A stretch of DNA of 64,000 bases. Origin: an uncultured Candidatus Sumerlaeota bacterium. GTDB lineage: Bacteria > CAYMEV01. Below, one piece after another: positions 19,701 to 29,900 of the stretch. The stretch covers positions 1 through 64,000 of the forward strand of contig CAYMEV010000003.1 of assembly GCA_964389675.1 (NCBI GenBank). Direction: 5' to 3'. How positions within the stretch are numbered: the stretch's first letter is position 1; each line of letters starts with the position of its first letter. The notes beneath the pieces are model-generated. The model saw only the letters and a list, made by a program, of their open reading frames with translations. It did no database searches and was not told the origin of the DNA. A program made the position numbers and the translations under genes.

Positions 19701-20012
19701 ATATTTATAAATAACCTCTGATAAACGTTGAAAAACGGGTTTTTTCATATCTTTTGACATTTCCGGGTCTGCAGGTGAATTTGATCTCGTAAATCCTGAT
19801 ATATCTGCAAAGACAACTGAAACATTTCTTCTGGATCCAATAAGATGCTCCCTGGTAAGATCGATCTTTTTTATCAGGCTTTTCGGCATGCTTGGTACCT
19901 GGATTATGCCGGTACTGCTTTTTTTTAATGAAGCTCCGCAATATCCGCAGAAATTATAAGATGCTTCAATCTGTTTCCCGCATTTGGGGCATTTAATTCT
20001 TTCAGGTTTCAT
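16719..20012 (-). CDS. Zinc ribbon-class III adenylate cyclase-STAND NTPase-TPR protein
   Basis: CPKC/CGYC; FADISGFT, DKFMGD, YTVIGDTVNLAQR; Walker A GEAGIGKS; IDDLHWAD; GNPFYIEE; 42-aa TPRs. Confidence 0.92.
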   Translation of the reverse strand: MKPERIKCPKCGKQIEASYNFCGYCGASLKKSSTGIIQVPSMPKSLIKKIDLTREHLIGSRRNVSVVFADISGFTRSNSPADPEMSKDMKKPVFQRLSEVIYKYEGYIDKFMGDCIMVLFGAPLAHENDPLRAALCSLELQEVIKEFDGIKLSIGINFGNVVAGRLGSNQKMDYTVIGDTVNLAQRIMSSAGPGEILASQKLFELTKKEIKYSEASQIKVKGKKEPVTVYIPISTISAYSHRNIFEHPIIGRESELDRLSAAYKKASAGKGNIINIIGEAGIGKSKMVFEFEKRIRGKAKIYKGWCIEYLRGVAYFPIKEILRGILSIQDGSSDSIINTKLDNYLSDIPGNELKRICPYLKYLFSLKVSEAERVLIENIKYSDRHSIFNRYLSLLFKEISMKRDLVLIIDDLHWADQATMDFINTFCREIGKSRVLLILLWRPGLSDKGDYCILPVPDYSNDIKLELFSKTEASRLICNILSCKSADESLTGFILKRSEGNPFYIEELTASLLSSDMIKVRGNGTAVLKKEGFTGRIPAKLQELIFARIDKLEPRLKKIIQLASVIGTEFSSRVLKQVVDNDLRLETVMHRIQQNDIIKKNASISSSSENCDEFLFKHKMVRDVVYESLLLSERKQYHELIGNTFESIYSENPSDYLDILVYHFKLSNNYEKYFRYLVKLADKEHKAGSYAKAERLYSEWFNNKKAERYKNSSGIEVSLDYCHVKTSLSRFNDSMAILNDIEANTKNLLKGELLIKYNLAKWACLASTGKLKEALSLIQDSVLLAEKLESMDKKLLAKSFASLGSTFYFAGNFDLALKHYNRALKIISENLGKYDPMIPNIYNNIGGVYFRKRNYDKVLEFLNKSLQLAEEAYGENHPQVASYYNNIGVAYYYKRDFDKVIRYHQKALDIQRKSLGDMHIHVAISCSNIGNMLLEKQDYESARKSFQESLEIDSRVLGENHQRVGKSYNGLGLAYSGMKRYKEALECYKKALAILSDSLGPQHADTAMPLFGLAEVNFISGNYKKAGKYIDLTVRIREEKMKDNIMELGKTYLLAGKIYHRLNKPLKSKKFIENAMVLGSKADAPWLEEAESLARSF

Positions 20013-20016
20013 AAAA

Positions 20017-22662
20017 TTATTTTAATATTTTTGAAATTTCGCTGAATATTGTCGGTATTATCCCGAGAGAAACAGCTATTGCAAACTGTGAGAAACTTAA
20101 GGGCACGGTAGAGAAAATACCTGATATAAAGGGTACATAAATAACCAGGATCAGAATGAAAAATGCTCCTGCTACTGATATATTCAGAAAGCTGTTTGCA
20201 AAGGGGTTGCTTGAGAAAATGCCTTTATTTTCTGATCTTGCAGAATAAGCCCTTAGCATCTCGCCTGCTATCAGGGTGGCAAAACAGAATGTCCTTGCCA
20301 GATCAGCATTACCGTTTCCAAAAAAGCTGTAGCCTATCCAAAATGAAAAGAGTGATGCAAAAGCCAGCCCAATACTCTGAAATGCCATACCGATTGCCAT
20401 TTTTCTGTTAATTATAGGTTCATCCCTGTCCCGAGGCTTCTTATCCATTATATCATTTTCACCCTTCTCAAGGCCCAGGGCAAATGCCGGAAATGAATCA
20501 GTAATAAGGTTTACCCAGAGAAGCTGGATAGGAAGCAGTGGTACCGGCCATTTAAGAAGGATAGCTGTCAGGATAATCAGAATTTCACCAATATTGCATG
20601 AAAGCAGAAAGCCTACGAACTTTCGGATATTGCTGTATATTATCCGCCCTTCTTTTACAGCATCAACAATACTTGCAAAATTATCATCAGTCAGTATCAT
20701 ATCAGCTGCTTCCCTTGATACATCAGTACCTGTAATGCCCATTGCTATCCCTATATCAGCTTTTTTTAGTGCTGGTGCATCATTTACTCCATCACCTGTC
20801 ATAGCAGTAATCTCACCATTGGACCTGATCGCTGTGACTATCCTTACTTTATGATCAGGCGAAACCCTGGCAAATACACTTGTATTTTTAACAATCGCCC
20901 CCAGTTCTTCATCGCTCAGTTTATTTATGCCTGCTCCCGGCATTGATACAGAACCCTCGTCAAGGATTCCAAGCTCAGAAGCGACTGCACCAGCTGTCTT
21001 GACATGGTCACCGGTTATGAGGACTACCCTTATTCCTGCTTTTTTGCATAGTGCAACTGCATCTTTTGCCTCATTTCTTGGAGGGTCAACCATGCCTGAA
21101 ATCCCTGTAAGTATAAGGTCTTTTTCTTCATCTTTAAGTATGGCATCCTTATCAACGATCTTATATGCATAACCAAGAACCCTCATGGCATTTTCGGCAT
21201 ATTCTTCCTGTTTTGAGATTATTATTTCTTTATCTTTTTCTGTTAGTTCCTTTACCTGTCCATGCTGATTTATGAATCCCGAGCAATCAATTATGGAATC
21301 TGCAGCACCCTTGGTGAACATAATATACCTGCCATCTATTTCATGAAGGGTTGACATCATCTTTCTTACCGAATCAAAAGGGAGTTCCCTGATTCTTGGA
21401 TATTTCCTGTTAAGTTCATCCTTAAGATAGCCGGCTTTGGCTCCCAGGACAATTAGAGCGCCTTCTGTGGGGTCCCCGATCACTTTATCCCCTTTTATAT
21501 CTGCGTCATTGCATAATACTGCAGCCTGAAACAACGGTGCAATTTCAGCCAGATCATTCTTTCTGCTGTCATTGTTTATAAATTCCCCCTCAAAACCATA
21601 TCCTGTCCCTGTTACATTCCATTCATCTGTACCGCTGAATACACGTATTACTGTCATTTTATTCTGGGTAAGGGTCCCTGTCTTGTCTGTGCAGATGGTT
21701 GACGTGGATCCCAGGGTTTCTACTGCGCCCAGCTGCTTCATTATAGCATTTTTTTTGACCATACGCTGCATTCCCATTGCAAGAACCACTGTGACAACTG
21801 CAGGAAGGCCTTCCGGTATGGCTGCAACAGCAAGGCTTACTGCTATCATAAAGAATTCCAGCATATCCTCGCCCCGAAGGATGCCCAGCATAAAAATAAA
21901 GATGCTTATCAGTATGCATGTTATACCCAGGAATTTTCCGAATTCAGCAAGCTTTTTCTGCAGAGGTGTCTGGGTGTCTTCCGTCTCATCAAGCATCCTT
22001 GCTATATGCCCTATCTCCGTATTCATTCCTGTTGCTGTTATGATTCCCCTGCCTCTGCCATAAACAACTATTGTGCTCATATAAGCGCAATTAATACGGT
22101 CACCGAGAGAAGCCTCCCTGCTTACCGTAGCACTGGCATCCTTTTCCGAGGCAATGGACTCACCTGTTAGAGCTGATTCATCTATCCTCAGGTTGATGCT
22201 TTCTGTAAGACGAACATCTGCAGGGACATAATCACCTGTTTCAAGTATTGCCAGATCACCTGGGACAAGGTTTTTTGCAGGAATTGATTCAAGCTTACCA
22301 TTCCTGATGACCTTTGCTTTCGGTGCTGCCATCTTTTTTAAGGCATCAAGGGCATTGGATGCCTTATTTTCCTGATAGGTCCCGAGGACTGCATTAAGGA
22401 TTACAATTCCGAGTATTACAATGCCCTCCAGTTTGTCTCCAAGGGCTATTGAGATGATTGCGGCAATTATCAGGATTATTATCATAAAGTCTTTGAACTG
22501 ATCAATCACCATTGAAAGCAGTGTCTTTTTATCCCTGCTTCTCAGGGCATTCAGGCCATATATGGATTCTGCCCTGATGACCTGTTCATTATCTAATCCG
22601 GAGGATTTATCAGTATTGAATTTGGAAATTATTGAATCAATATTATTTGCATGCATCATCAT
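20017..22662 (-). CDS. Cation-transporting P-type ATPase, type II (likely Ca2+)
   Basis: TGES, VAAIPEGLP, DKTGTLT, KGA, TGDGVNDAPAL, QLLWVNLITD. Confidence 0.93.
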   Translation of the reverse strand: MMMHANNIDSIISKFNTDKSSGLDNEQVIRAESIYGLNALRSRDKKTLLSMVIDQFKDFMIIILIIAAIISIALGDKLEGIVILGIVILNAVLGTYQENKASNALDALKKMAAPKAKVIRNGKLESIPAKNLVPGDLAILETGDYVPADVRLTESINLRIDESALTGESIASEKDASATVSREASLGDRINCAYMSTIVVYGRGRGIITATGMNTEIGHIARMLDETEDTQTPLQKKLAEFGKFLGITCILISIFIFMLGILRGEDMLEFFMIAVSLAVAAIPEGLPAVVTVVLAMGMQRMVKKNAIMKQLGAVETLGSTSTICTDKTGTLTQNKMTVIRVFSGTDEWNVTGTGYGFEGEFINNDSRKNDLAEIAPLFQAAVLCNDADIKGDKVIGDPTEGALIVLGAKAGYLKDELNRKYPRIRELPFDSVRKMMSTLHEIDGRYIMFTKGAADSIIDCSGFINQHGQVKELTEKDKEIIISKQEEYAENAMRVLGYAYKIVDKDAILKDEEKDLILTGISGMVDPPRNEAKDAVALCKKAGIRVVLITGDHVKTAGAVASELGILDEGSVSMPGAGINKLSDEELGAIVKNTSVFARVSPDHKVRIVTAIRSNGEITAMTGDGVNDAPALKKADIGIAMGITGTDVSREAADMILTDDNFASIVDAVKEGRIIYSNIRKFVGFLLSCNIGEILIILTAILLKWPVPLLPIQLLWVNLITDSFPAFALGLEKGENDIMDKKPRDRDEPIINRKMAIGMAFQSIGLAFASLFSFWIGYSFFGNGNADLARTFCFATLIAGEMLRAYSARSENKGIFSSNPFANSFLNISVAGAFFILILVIYVPFISGIFSTVPLSFSQFAIAVSLGIIPTIFSEISKILK

Positions 22663-22707
22663 ATATTAATTAAAAAGAAAAAGATATATCAGCTTCACTT
22701 CTTGAGG

Positions 22708-22736
22708 AATATAAACCCTATCATGCTTTTTTGCAA
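22708..22736 (-). promoter_or_regulatory. Putative sigma70 promoter of the ATPase-cyclase pair
   Basis: TTGCAA, 17 nt, TATATT on the minus strand. Confidence 0.4.
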
Positions 22737-22801
22737 AAAAAAACAGGCGGAGTATACCAGTATCAAGTGTGTAATTAGATCTTATCCAGATTATGCAGAT
22801 A

Positions 22802-25800
22802 TTAAACCCCGTATGAAATTATATACCGGATCTTCCTGTCCTGAAGGAATCTGTCCTTTAATTCAGCAGAGAGCTTTTCTGTTATGGAATTTACCCTCTT
22901 TTTCAGGGAAAGGATAACTGACTTTTCAGGCTTTAAATTACCGCACATTTCACAGGCTTTAAGGAGATAATAGCCGGATATGAGAAGATGGTCCCCGTCC
23001 TTTTTACTTAAATCCCTGTCATAGATATATCTGAAAGTGTTTACAGCCTCTGAATATTTGCCCTTTTTCAGGAGGAGTTTTCCATAAAGGAATTTATGAT
23101 CATCAGGCCTGCTTTGCTTATTTATTTTAAGCAGCAAATTTTCAGCAATAGCTAATTTCCCCATTTCTATATATGCTTCAATAAGCTGAATGTCTATATC
23201 CTCTTCCAGTGATTTGCTGCCAAGCCTGTTAAAGATCGATTTTGCTTCCATGAGCAATTCTATTGCCCTGTCATATTCTTCGTTCCTCATTGCAAGGCTT
23301 GCTAATCCCGATTTACCATATCCGTTTCCAAGAACATTATCTATCTCCTGGTTTATTTCAAGGTATCTCCTAAAATACTCCTCTGCCTTTTCCGGATAGT
23401 TGCAGAAATTGTATATATTCCCTATATTATAGCACGTTACGGTCTCTCCCAGCTTGTCCTGCATCTTATAGCAGATATCCAGGGATCTCTTAAAATAATC
23501 AATAGCCCTGCCGAGCTCACCCATAGCAAAATATAAAGTGCCAATATTGTTATAACAGGCGTCCAGATACAAATACTTGTTTCTGCTTTTATAATAATTC
23601 TCTATCTTTTTATAGTATTTCAGGGCTTCCTTTTTATCATTCAGTACATCATAATATACGCCAAAAAGGCTGTAGGACTGAAGGGCTATTATGTCCCTGG
23701 CCTTTTCATCAGACAGCTTGCGCGATGCTTTCAACAACTCCCTGACATCCTCAGCAGCTGATTTAAAGCTTTCTATATCCCCTTTTAAGTATGATATCCA
23801 GGCTGCAAGAGATTTATATGAAACCTGTTCAGTGTGCCATTCAGGCTTTAAAATTTTTCTGATCTCTTGAAGAAATTCTTCTGCGATTGCAAATTCACTT
23901 ATTCTCTGGTATATTTCTGCAATCTTGCACATTGTTTCAGCTATTTCCCTCTGAGAGATCTTCTTTGAATTCAACAGCTTTTTGTATATTGCAATTGCTT
24001 CCCTGTTTTTGCTCTGAATAATCTTTATTTTCCCAATATTATCCAGTGCTGTGTATTCATCTCTGAAATCAATAAATTTCTTGTAATCAAGGACTTTACC
24101 GAGGGAATATATGGCATCCTCATTAAGATTCTTGGATCTTTGTGATATTCCAAGCTTAAGGTAATATTGAGCTGCTTTATCATAGATCTCCGCTTTTTCA
24201 AAATGATAGGACAAAAGGGCCAGGTATTTATCATTCTTTTCAAAACGCTCTTCAATTATTCCAGCGATCTTTTCATGGATTACCCTCTTTACCTTGGAGA
24301 GAATGCCGTTGTAAGCAACTTCCCTTATAAGAATATGCTTAAAGAGATACTCCAGCTCATCAAGGTAATCTGAATCATAATTTTTAACTACAAAATTTTT
24401 GGACTCAAGGCTTTTCAGGTGTTTATCCACTATCTGCTCAGTGACCAGGTTAAGTATATCGCTCCAGAATGTATTTCCTATTACCGCCGCATTCTGGATT
24501 GTTTTCTTTTCTCCTTCAGAAAGACGGTCCAGTCTTGTCTGAATAACACCTTTAACCGAGCTGGGAATATCTATTTCATTGACAGGCCTGGTTGCTTTCC
24601 AGCTTTTGCCTTTCCTGACCAGTACACCTTCATCAATGAAGGTTTTAATTATCTCCTCGACAAAATAGGGATTTCCTGAGCTTTTACTGATTATGAGGTC
24701 TTTGAAATTCTGCGGTAGACTCTGGAATTCCAGTATTTTCTCAACCAGCTCCATTGAATAGCTATTGTTTAGTCTTTCGAGTTTTATGCTGTTAAACCCG
24801 GGAAGATCTTTTGTTCTATCGTAAAGTAACGTGCTTACAGGGTTTTCTTTTGCTTCCATTCTTGTGATAAATATAAAGAATATTCTGATATCAGAAAGAT
24901 TTTCAGTTATGTATAGCAGCAGGTCCCTTGAGGATATATCTATCCAATGGAGGTCTTCGATTACAAAAAGGATCATTTTTCTTTTGCTGATATTCCTAAT
25001 TAAATCGCTAAAAACAATAAAGAATGATCTTTGTATTTTATCCAGTGGAACTGTAAGATTTTCAGATTCAAGGAAACCAAGAAAATTAAGAAACAGGGAT
25101 TTAATATCTATCAGATGGAGAGATTCTCTATCCGGCAGATCTATCAATGCTTCATCTAATTTTGCTTCCACGTCTTCCTTAATATCATTTTCGGATATCT
25201 GGAAATATTCCTTTGTAATCTCGAGAATTGGCCAGTAGGAAAAGCCTTTTGCATAGGGAAGGCATCTTCCCTTCATTATCATTATATCATCATATTTTCT
25301 TACCTGTGACTCAAATTCATCATATAATCTTGTTTTTCCTATGCCTGCCTCTCCCTCTATTACCTGTACATGGAAATTTCTATTTAAGTAACTGTCCTTA
25401 AAAGAATCCATAAGGGTATTGAACTCAGCCTGCCTTCCGATCATAGGGTGGGTGATACCTTCAATTCCTCTTGTCTTCCCGCGCTTTTTCAATTTTTTGT
25501 TAACAGCATAGACATCTATCTGGAGATTATCTGTAATGTCTGCCTTTTTAACCCGGGATTTAAAATCGAATATGGATTTCAGCTGATTATAAACCTCATG
25601 GCTTACAAGCAGCTGTTCAGGATCTGCAGCAGCCTGGATCCTCTGGCAGATATTTATCTCATCACCAAAAAAATCCATATTATTACGTACCCTGCTTGCC
25701 ACGACTTTTCCGTAATTAATGCCGTATCTGAATTTGATATCAAGTCCCATTTTATTGTTCAGCTCTCTGATGTTGTCCCGACTCATGAAAGCTGCCAGGA

Positions 25801-26119
25801 CTGCACGCTCTGAATCGTTCTCATGCGATTTTGGGTATCCGAAAACTGAAAGGATACCATCGCCGATATATTTAATCACTTCTCCTTCATAAAAGGTTAT
25901 TGCATTCTCTATATTTTCGTAATATTTCAGAAGAATATCCTTCAGGATTTCAGGGTCCATGCTCTCACTGAATTTTGTAAATCCAACCATATCCATAAAT
26001 AAAATTGCAAGAGATCTGAATTCTTCCTGCGCTTCATGCATAATTAACATGGGCTTTCCACAATTACCGCAGAATTTCATGGTTTCAGGATTTTCAAATC
26101 CGCAGTTTTTACACTTCAT
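22802..26119 (-). CDS. Zinc ribbon-class III adenylate cyclase-STAND NTPase-TPR protein
   Basis: CKNC/CGNC; FMDMVGFT, IKYIGD, DFFGDEINICQR; GEAGIGKT; IEDLHWID; GNPYFVEE; TPRs; AGGGAG RBS before ATG 26119. Confidence 0.92.
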   Translation of the reverse strand: MKCKNCGFENPETMKFCGNCGKPMLIMHEAQEEFRSLAILFMDMVGFTKFSESMDPEILKDILLKYYENIENAITFYEGEVIKYIGDGILSVFGYPKSHENDSERAVLAAFMSRDNIRELNNKMGLDIKFRYGINYGKVVASRVRNNMDFFGDEINICQRIQAAADPEQLLVSHEVYNQLKSIFDFKSRVKKADITDNLQIDVYAVNKKLKKRGKTRGIEGITHPMIGRQAEFNTLMDSFKDSYLNRNFHVQVIEGEAGIGKTRLYDEFESQVRKYDDIMIMKGRCLPYAKGFSYWPILEITKEYFQISENDIKEDVEAKLDEALIDLPDRESLHLIDIKSLFLNFLGFLESENLTVPLDKIQRSFFIVFSDLIRNISKRKMILFVIEDLHWIDISSRDLLLYITENLSDIRIFFIFITRMEAKENPVSTLLYDRTKDLPGFNSIKLERLNNSYSMELVEKILEFQSLPQNFKDLIISKSSGNPYFVEEIIKTFIDEGVLVRKGKSWKATRPVNEIDIPSSVKGVIQTRLDRLSEGEKKTIQNAAVIGNTFWSDILNLVTEQIVDKHLKSLESKNFVVKNYDSDYLDELEYLFKHILIREVAYNGILSKVKRVIHEKIAGIIEERFEKNDKYLALLSYHFEKAEIYDKAAQYYLKLGISQRSKNLNEDAIYSLGKVLDYKKFIDFRDEYTALDNIGKIKIIQSKNREAIAIYKKLLNSKKISQREIAETMCKIAEIYQRISEFAIAEEFLQEIRKILKPEWHTEQVSYKSLAAWISYLKGDIESFKSAAEDVRELLKASRKLSDEKARDIIALQSYSLFGVYYDVLNDKKEALKYYKKIENYYKSRNKYLYLDACYNNIGTLYFAMGELGRAIDYFKRSLDICYKMQDKLGETVTCYNIGNIYNFCNYPEKAEEYFRRYLEINQEIDNVLGNGYGKSGLASLAMRNEEYDRAIELLMEAKSIFNRLGSKSLEEDIDIQLIEAYIEMGKLAIAENLLLKINKQSRPDDHKFLYGKLLLKKGKYSEAVNTFRYIYDRDLSKKDGDHLLISGYYLLKACEMCGNLKPEKSVILSLKKRVNSITEKLSAELKDRFLQDRKIRYIISYGV

Positions 26120-26218
26120 AAGCACTCCCTGAGATTAAAAGTCAAATGTAAGGAACCTGTTATAATATTAAGACGCTTGAGCTTATAATGCAAGATTAAA
26201 TTATAGTGAATCAAAAGG

Positions 26219-26503
26219 GACGCAAAAGGGACGGTTCTTTTTGCGTCAGCATAAAATGAAGCAAGTGTGAATAAGCAGGATGTGCGAGCTTTTTGTGTCA
26301 GCAGGAATGACACAAGTGGGAGTAAACAAGGGAGAGGTTCTTTTTGTGTCGGCAGGAATGACACAAGGGGGAATAAGCAGGATGTGCGAGCTTTTTGTGT
26401 CAGGAAAATGACATAAGGGGGAATTAACAAGAGGTGCGGGCCTTTTATGTCAGGAATGACACAAGGGGGAATAAGCAAGGGAGAGGGTTCTTTTTGTGTC
26501 AGC
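26219..26503. repeat. Tandem array of REP-like hairpins (one short unit and five ~48-51 bp units)
   Basis: Units start at 26257, 26308, 26359, 26409, 26457; consensus TGACACAAG...TTTTTGTGTCA. Confidence 0.9.
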
Positions 26504-26590
26504 GTTAAAAACAGTCTATATAATAGTATTGGCTATTCTGAAATATGAGATAATGCAGAAAGAGGTTATTGCATAAAACGGTACATTTAA

Positions 26591-26874
26591 AAGAGTATTG
26601 CAATAATAGGCTGGTGTAATGCACTGGTTCATGCAGGCCATGATGACTGGAGACTTCCAAATATCCTCGAGCTTCACAGCCTTATGGACCTTGCAAAATA
26701 TAATGTTGCATTGCCTGAGGGATATCCCTTTATCGGTGTTCCTGCTACCGGTTGTCTACTGCCAATGCAGTATATTCAGGCTATGCATGGCTCGTGTTAC
26801 TGGACTCCGGTAATATGAGCTACACCTATAAGGAGAATAAATGCTATATCTGGCTGGTCCGCTGTGGGCAATAG
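26591..26874 (+). pseudogene. Frameshifted, 5'-truncated DUF1566 (Lcl/CLec-like) domain gene relic
   Basis: Frame A: WCNALVHAGHDDWRLPNILELHSLMD...ALPEGYPFIGV; after a shift near 26745 frame B: YRLSTANAVYSGYAWLVLLDSGNMSYTYKENKCYIWLVRCGQ-stop. Confidence 0.75.
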
Positions 26875-26876
26875 AG

Positions 26877-26907
26877 TGAAGCAAAAAGAACCGTCCCTTT
26901 TGCTTCA
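26877..26907. repeat. REP-like hairpin, inverted family copy
   Basis: TGAAGCAAAA-AGAACCGTCCC-TTTTGCTTCA, perfect 10-bp stem. Confidence 0.85.
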
Positions 26908-26986
26908 AAGAGTGTGAAAGCGGAAAAATGCCCTGATAATCTGTTATTTATAAATCTCTCGATTATAAAATCCGGAACCAGATTTT

Positions 26987-29900
26987 TCATTCGATCTGTT
27001 CACCCATTTTTTTGAGCATCATCCTGAATTCAGATTTGGGGATTTTTCTGTAGAGTTCTCTATACAATGCCTTTGCATTTTCCTTATAGGTATTATGTTG
27101 TGTTATCTCCCATAGCTCAAAATAGATCAATGCCGAGTATTTTTCTTCAATATCCTTTTTATTCAGCAAATCGATCAATGCTGCTGTATTTTTTTCCATT
27201 TTGTATTTCAGAATGCCTGCAAGGATATTTATATCATTATTTCCCAGATCATGCGACATTTTCAGAGCTTCTGAATTCATTTCATCTGCTTTTACGATAT
27301 TTCCTGTTTTATGATGCAGGACAGCCCTGTAATATAGAAAGATCATAAGGTGGGGCTTTGCAGATAGACCTCTTGCATCAGATATTGCCCTGTCGAGGAA
27401 ATCCCGGGCCTCTGTCAGGTTATTGTTTTTTAAATGCATAATCCCTATCTGTCCTGTAGTTTCATTCACCCCGATGCTGTCATTAATCTTTTCGCAATAC
27501 CGGAGCTTTCTCCTGAAGCTCTCTATGGCATTTTCATGATCTCCTGAATCATTGTATAGAAAGCCCAGATTGCCTAATATTAAAGAGATGCCTCTTTTAT
27601 CACCAAGTTCTTCCGATATTGAAAGCATTTTTTTATAATTCTCCATAGCTTCTGGGTAATTGCCCATGGAATGAAAAATTTTCCCTATATTACCGAAAGC
27701 ATTGCCAAGGCCCCTTTTATCGCCAAGCTTTTCAGAGATATCTGCCCACTTTCGGCAGCATTCCATGGCCTTCTTGTATTTTCCCATGCTGGTATACACA
27801 ATCCCCATACTGCCGATTGCCATGCCAAGCTCCTTCTGGTCATCGAGCTTTTTGCATAGTTCTATCTTTTTTTCAAGATACTCCATTGCAAGGTCCAGTT
27901 TTCCCTGGCATCTGTATAAATTAGCAATGTTTCCATATACATATGTACAGCTACGTTTATCTCCAATCTCTATTGATAATGACAGGTACCTTTTATAATA
28001 CTGCATGGCAAGACTGTATTTGCCCTGATAGAAATATATGTTCCCCATATTTCCTATAGTAAGGTTCAGTTCCTTCTTATCTCCTATTTCTGAGCATATA
28101 GCCATTTTTTGCTGGTAGTTTTCCATTGCTTTTTCATATTCACAGAGATAAGCATAAATATTTCCGATATTGCCGTATGCTATGCCAGCACCCCTTTTGT
28201 CTCCTATTGTATTGCATATTTCAAGCGAATATCTGTAATGTTCCATAGCTTTCTTGTAGTTGCCCTGGTCTTTATAGATAAGCCCAATATTGCCCATTGC
28301 AATGCTGATACCTCTCTGGTTACCCGTTTCCCTGTTTATGGCAATGTCTTTGGCATAGCATTCCATGGCTTTTTCATAGTTTCTCCTGAAGAAATGTATT
28401 ATTCCAATATTCCTGAGGGAGGCTGCCATTCCATTCTTATAATCTATATTTACAGCAGACTGGAGGCTTTCTTCGAACATACTCTCCGCCTCTTTTATTT
28501 TTCCCAGAATCCTCAGGATATTTCCCATGCTGTTCCTGCAGTCAACTGTAAGAGCCTGATTTTTTATCTTTTCTGACAGTTCGAGTGCTTTTTTATATGT
28601 TTTTCCGGCATCGTTCAGCCTGTTAATCAGGTTCAGGATATCGCCCATGTTCAGCATTATCTCTATGATCTTTTCACTATCCTTTTCTGTTTCGAGATAT
28701 TTTAGCAGCCGGTCATAGAAGCTTAATGCCTTGATGTTCTGATAATTGTCCCTGGCCTTGTCTCCTGCATTTTCCAGATAAAACCGGGCTTTAGCACTAT
28801 TTTCCGCCTTTTCATAATGTTCTGCAAGCTCCTCTGAGTGATTGTACAGATCATCATTGTATATCGCTTCTATTGCTTTTCCAGCAAGATCATGAAGCTG
28901 TCTCAATCGTTCCTTAAGCTGTATCTCATAAGCAGCGTCCCTGATCATGGCATGGAGAAAAATATATTTCAGGCTGGATATATTTTCCCATATCTGTTCC
29001 CTGCTGCCATCCTCTATTTTTTGAAACAGGTCAGTTTCATCTTTCAGTATTTCTAATATAAAAATGATCTGTCTTAATACAGGAAGTGAAAATTCCCTTC
29101 CAAGAACAGATGCAGTTTTTACAGTTTCTTTCAGGGCTGCGGATAATCTGTCAATTCGAGCAATAATGATCTGGTTTATTCCTGAAGGGACTGAACTGCT
29201 TCCCCTGATTATCTCATATTCTCTGTTCAGCATTCTGTTTTCATTCAGATACAGTACTATCTGTTCAATAAAGAATGGATTGCCATTGCTTCTGTTGTAA
29301 ATGAAATCGATTGTTTTTCGGGGTATTTTCAATTTGGGGAATTTATCCTGAATAAGATCTATGGTCATTTCTCGTGTTAACTCTCTGATCTCGACCCTGT
29401 TTCTGCAATATTCAGTCATGTCATCTTCAAACAGGCTGAATCTTTCTCCACTGTCTGACGGGCGGCACAGGACTATTATCGCAAAGGGGCAATTATCTAC
29501 ATTCCTTATCATCACTCTTATCAGTTCAAGGCTGTCAGTGTCAATCCAGTGTCCGTCATCAATAATCAGGACAAGGGGTTTTCTGAAAGACAGGGATTTT
29601 ATAAGACTTTTGACAGCATAGATGGTATTTTCATATCTTATTTTTGGATCAGACCTTATATAAAGAGAGTCTTTGATCTTAAGCCCCAGCAGGGCTCCTG
29701 TGAAAGATTCAGTGCGTATCAGCTCATTTCTTGTTTCAGGGTCCGCGGTAGAATTTATGATCCTGGCATACTCTTTCCGGAAATTGCTTTTATTCTTGTC
29801 CTTTGTATCATATTCGCTCTGCCTGAAGAGTGTCTTCAAAAAATAAATGAAAGGATTGAAGGGTTTTCTTAAGATTTCATCGCAGGGAAGGTAGAAGAAA

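Noticed and set aside
26116-26478. 120-aa minus-strand ORF
   Set aside because: It is a translation of the hairpin array with no RBS, and it overlaps the cyclase promoter and start.
26219-26503. CRISPR array
   Set aside because: The units resemble each other along their whole length with no unique spacers, and no cas genes are in the window.
26619-26813. 64-aa plus-strand ORF in the track
   Set aside because: Wrong frame; the DUF1566 motifs lie in the other two plus frames.
26591-26907. Complete diversity-generating retroelement
   Set aside because: No reverse transcriptase, Avd or template repeat is seen in the window; only a target-like relic is supported.
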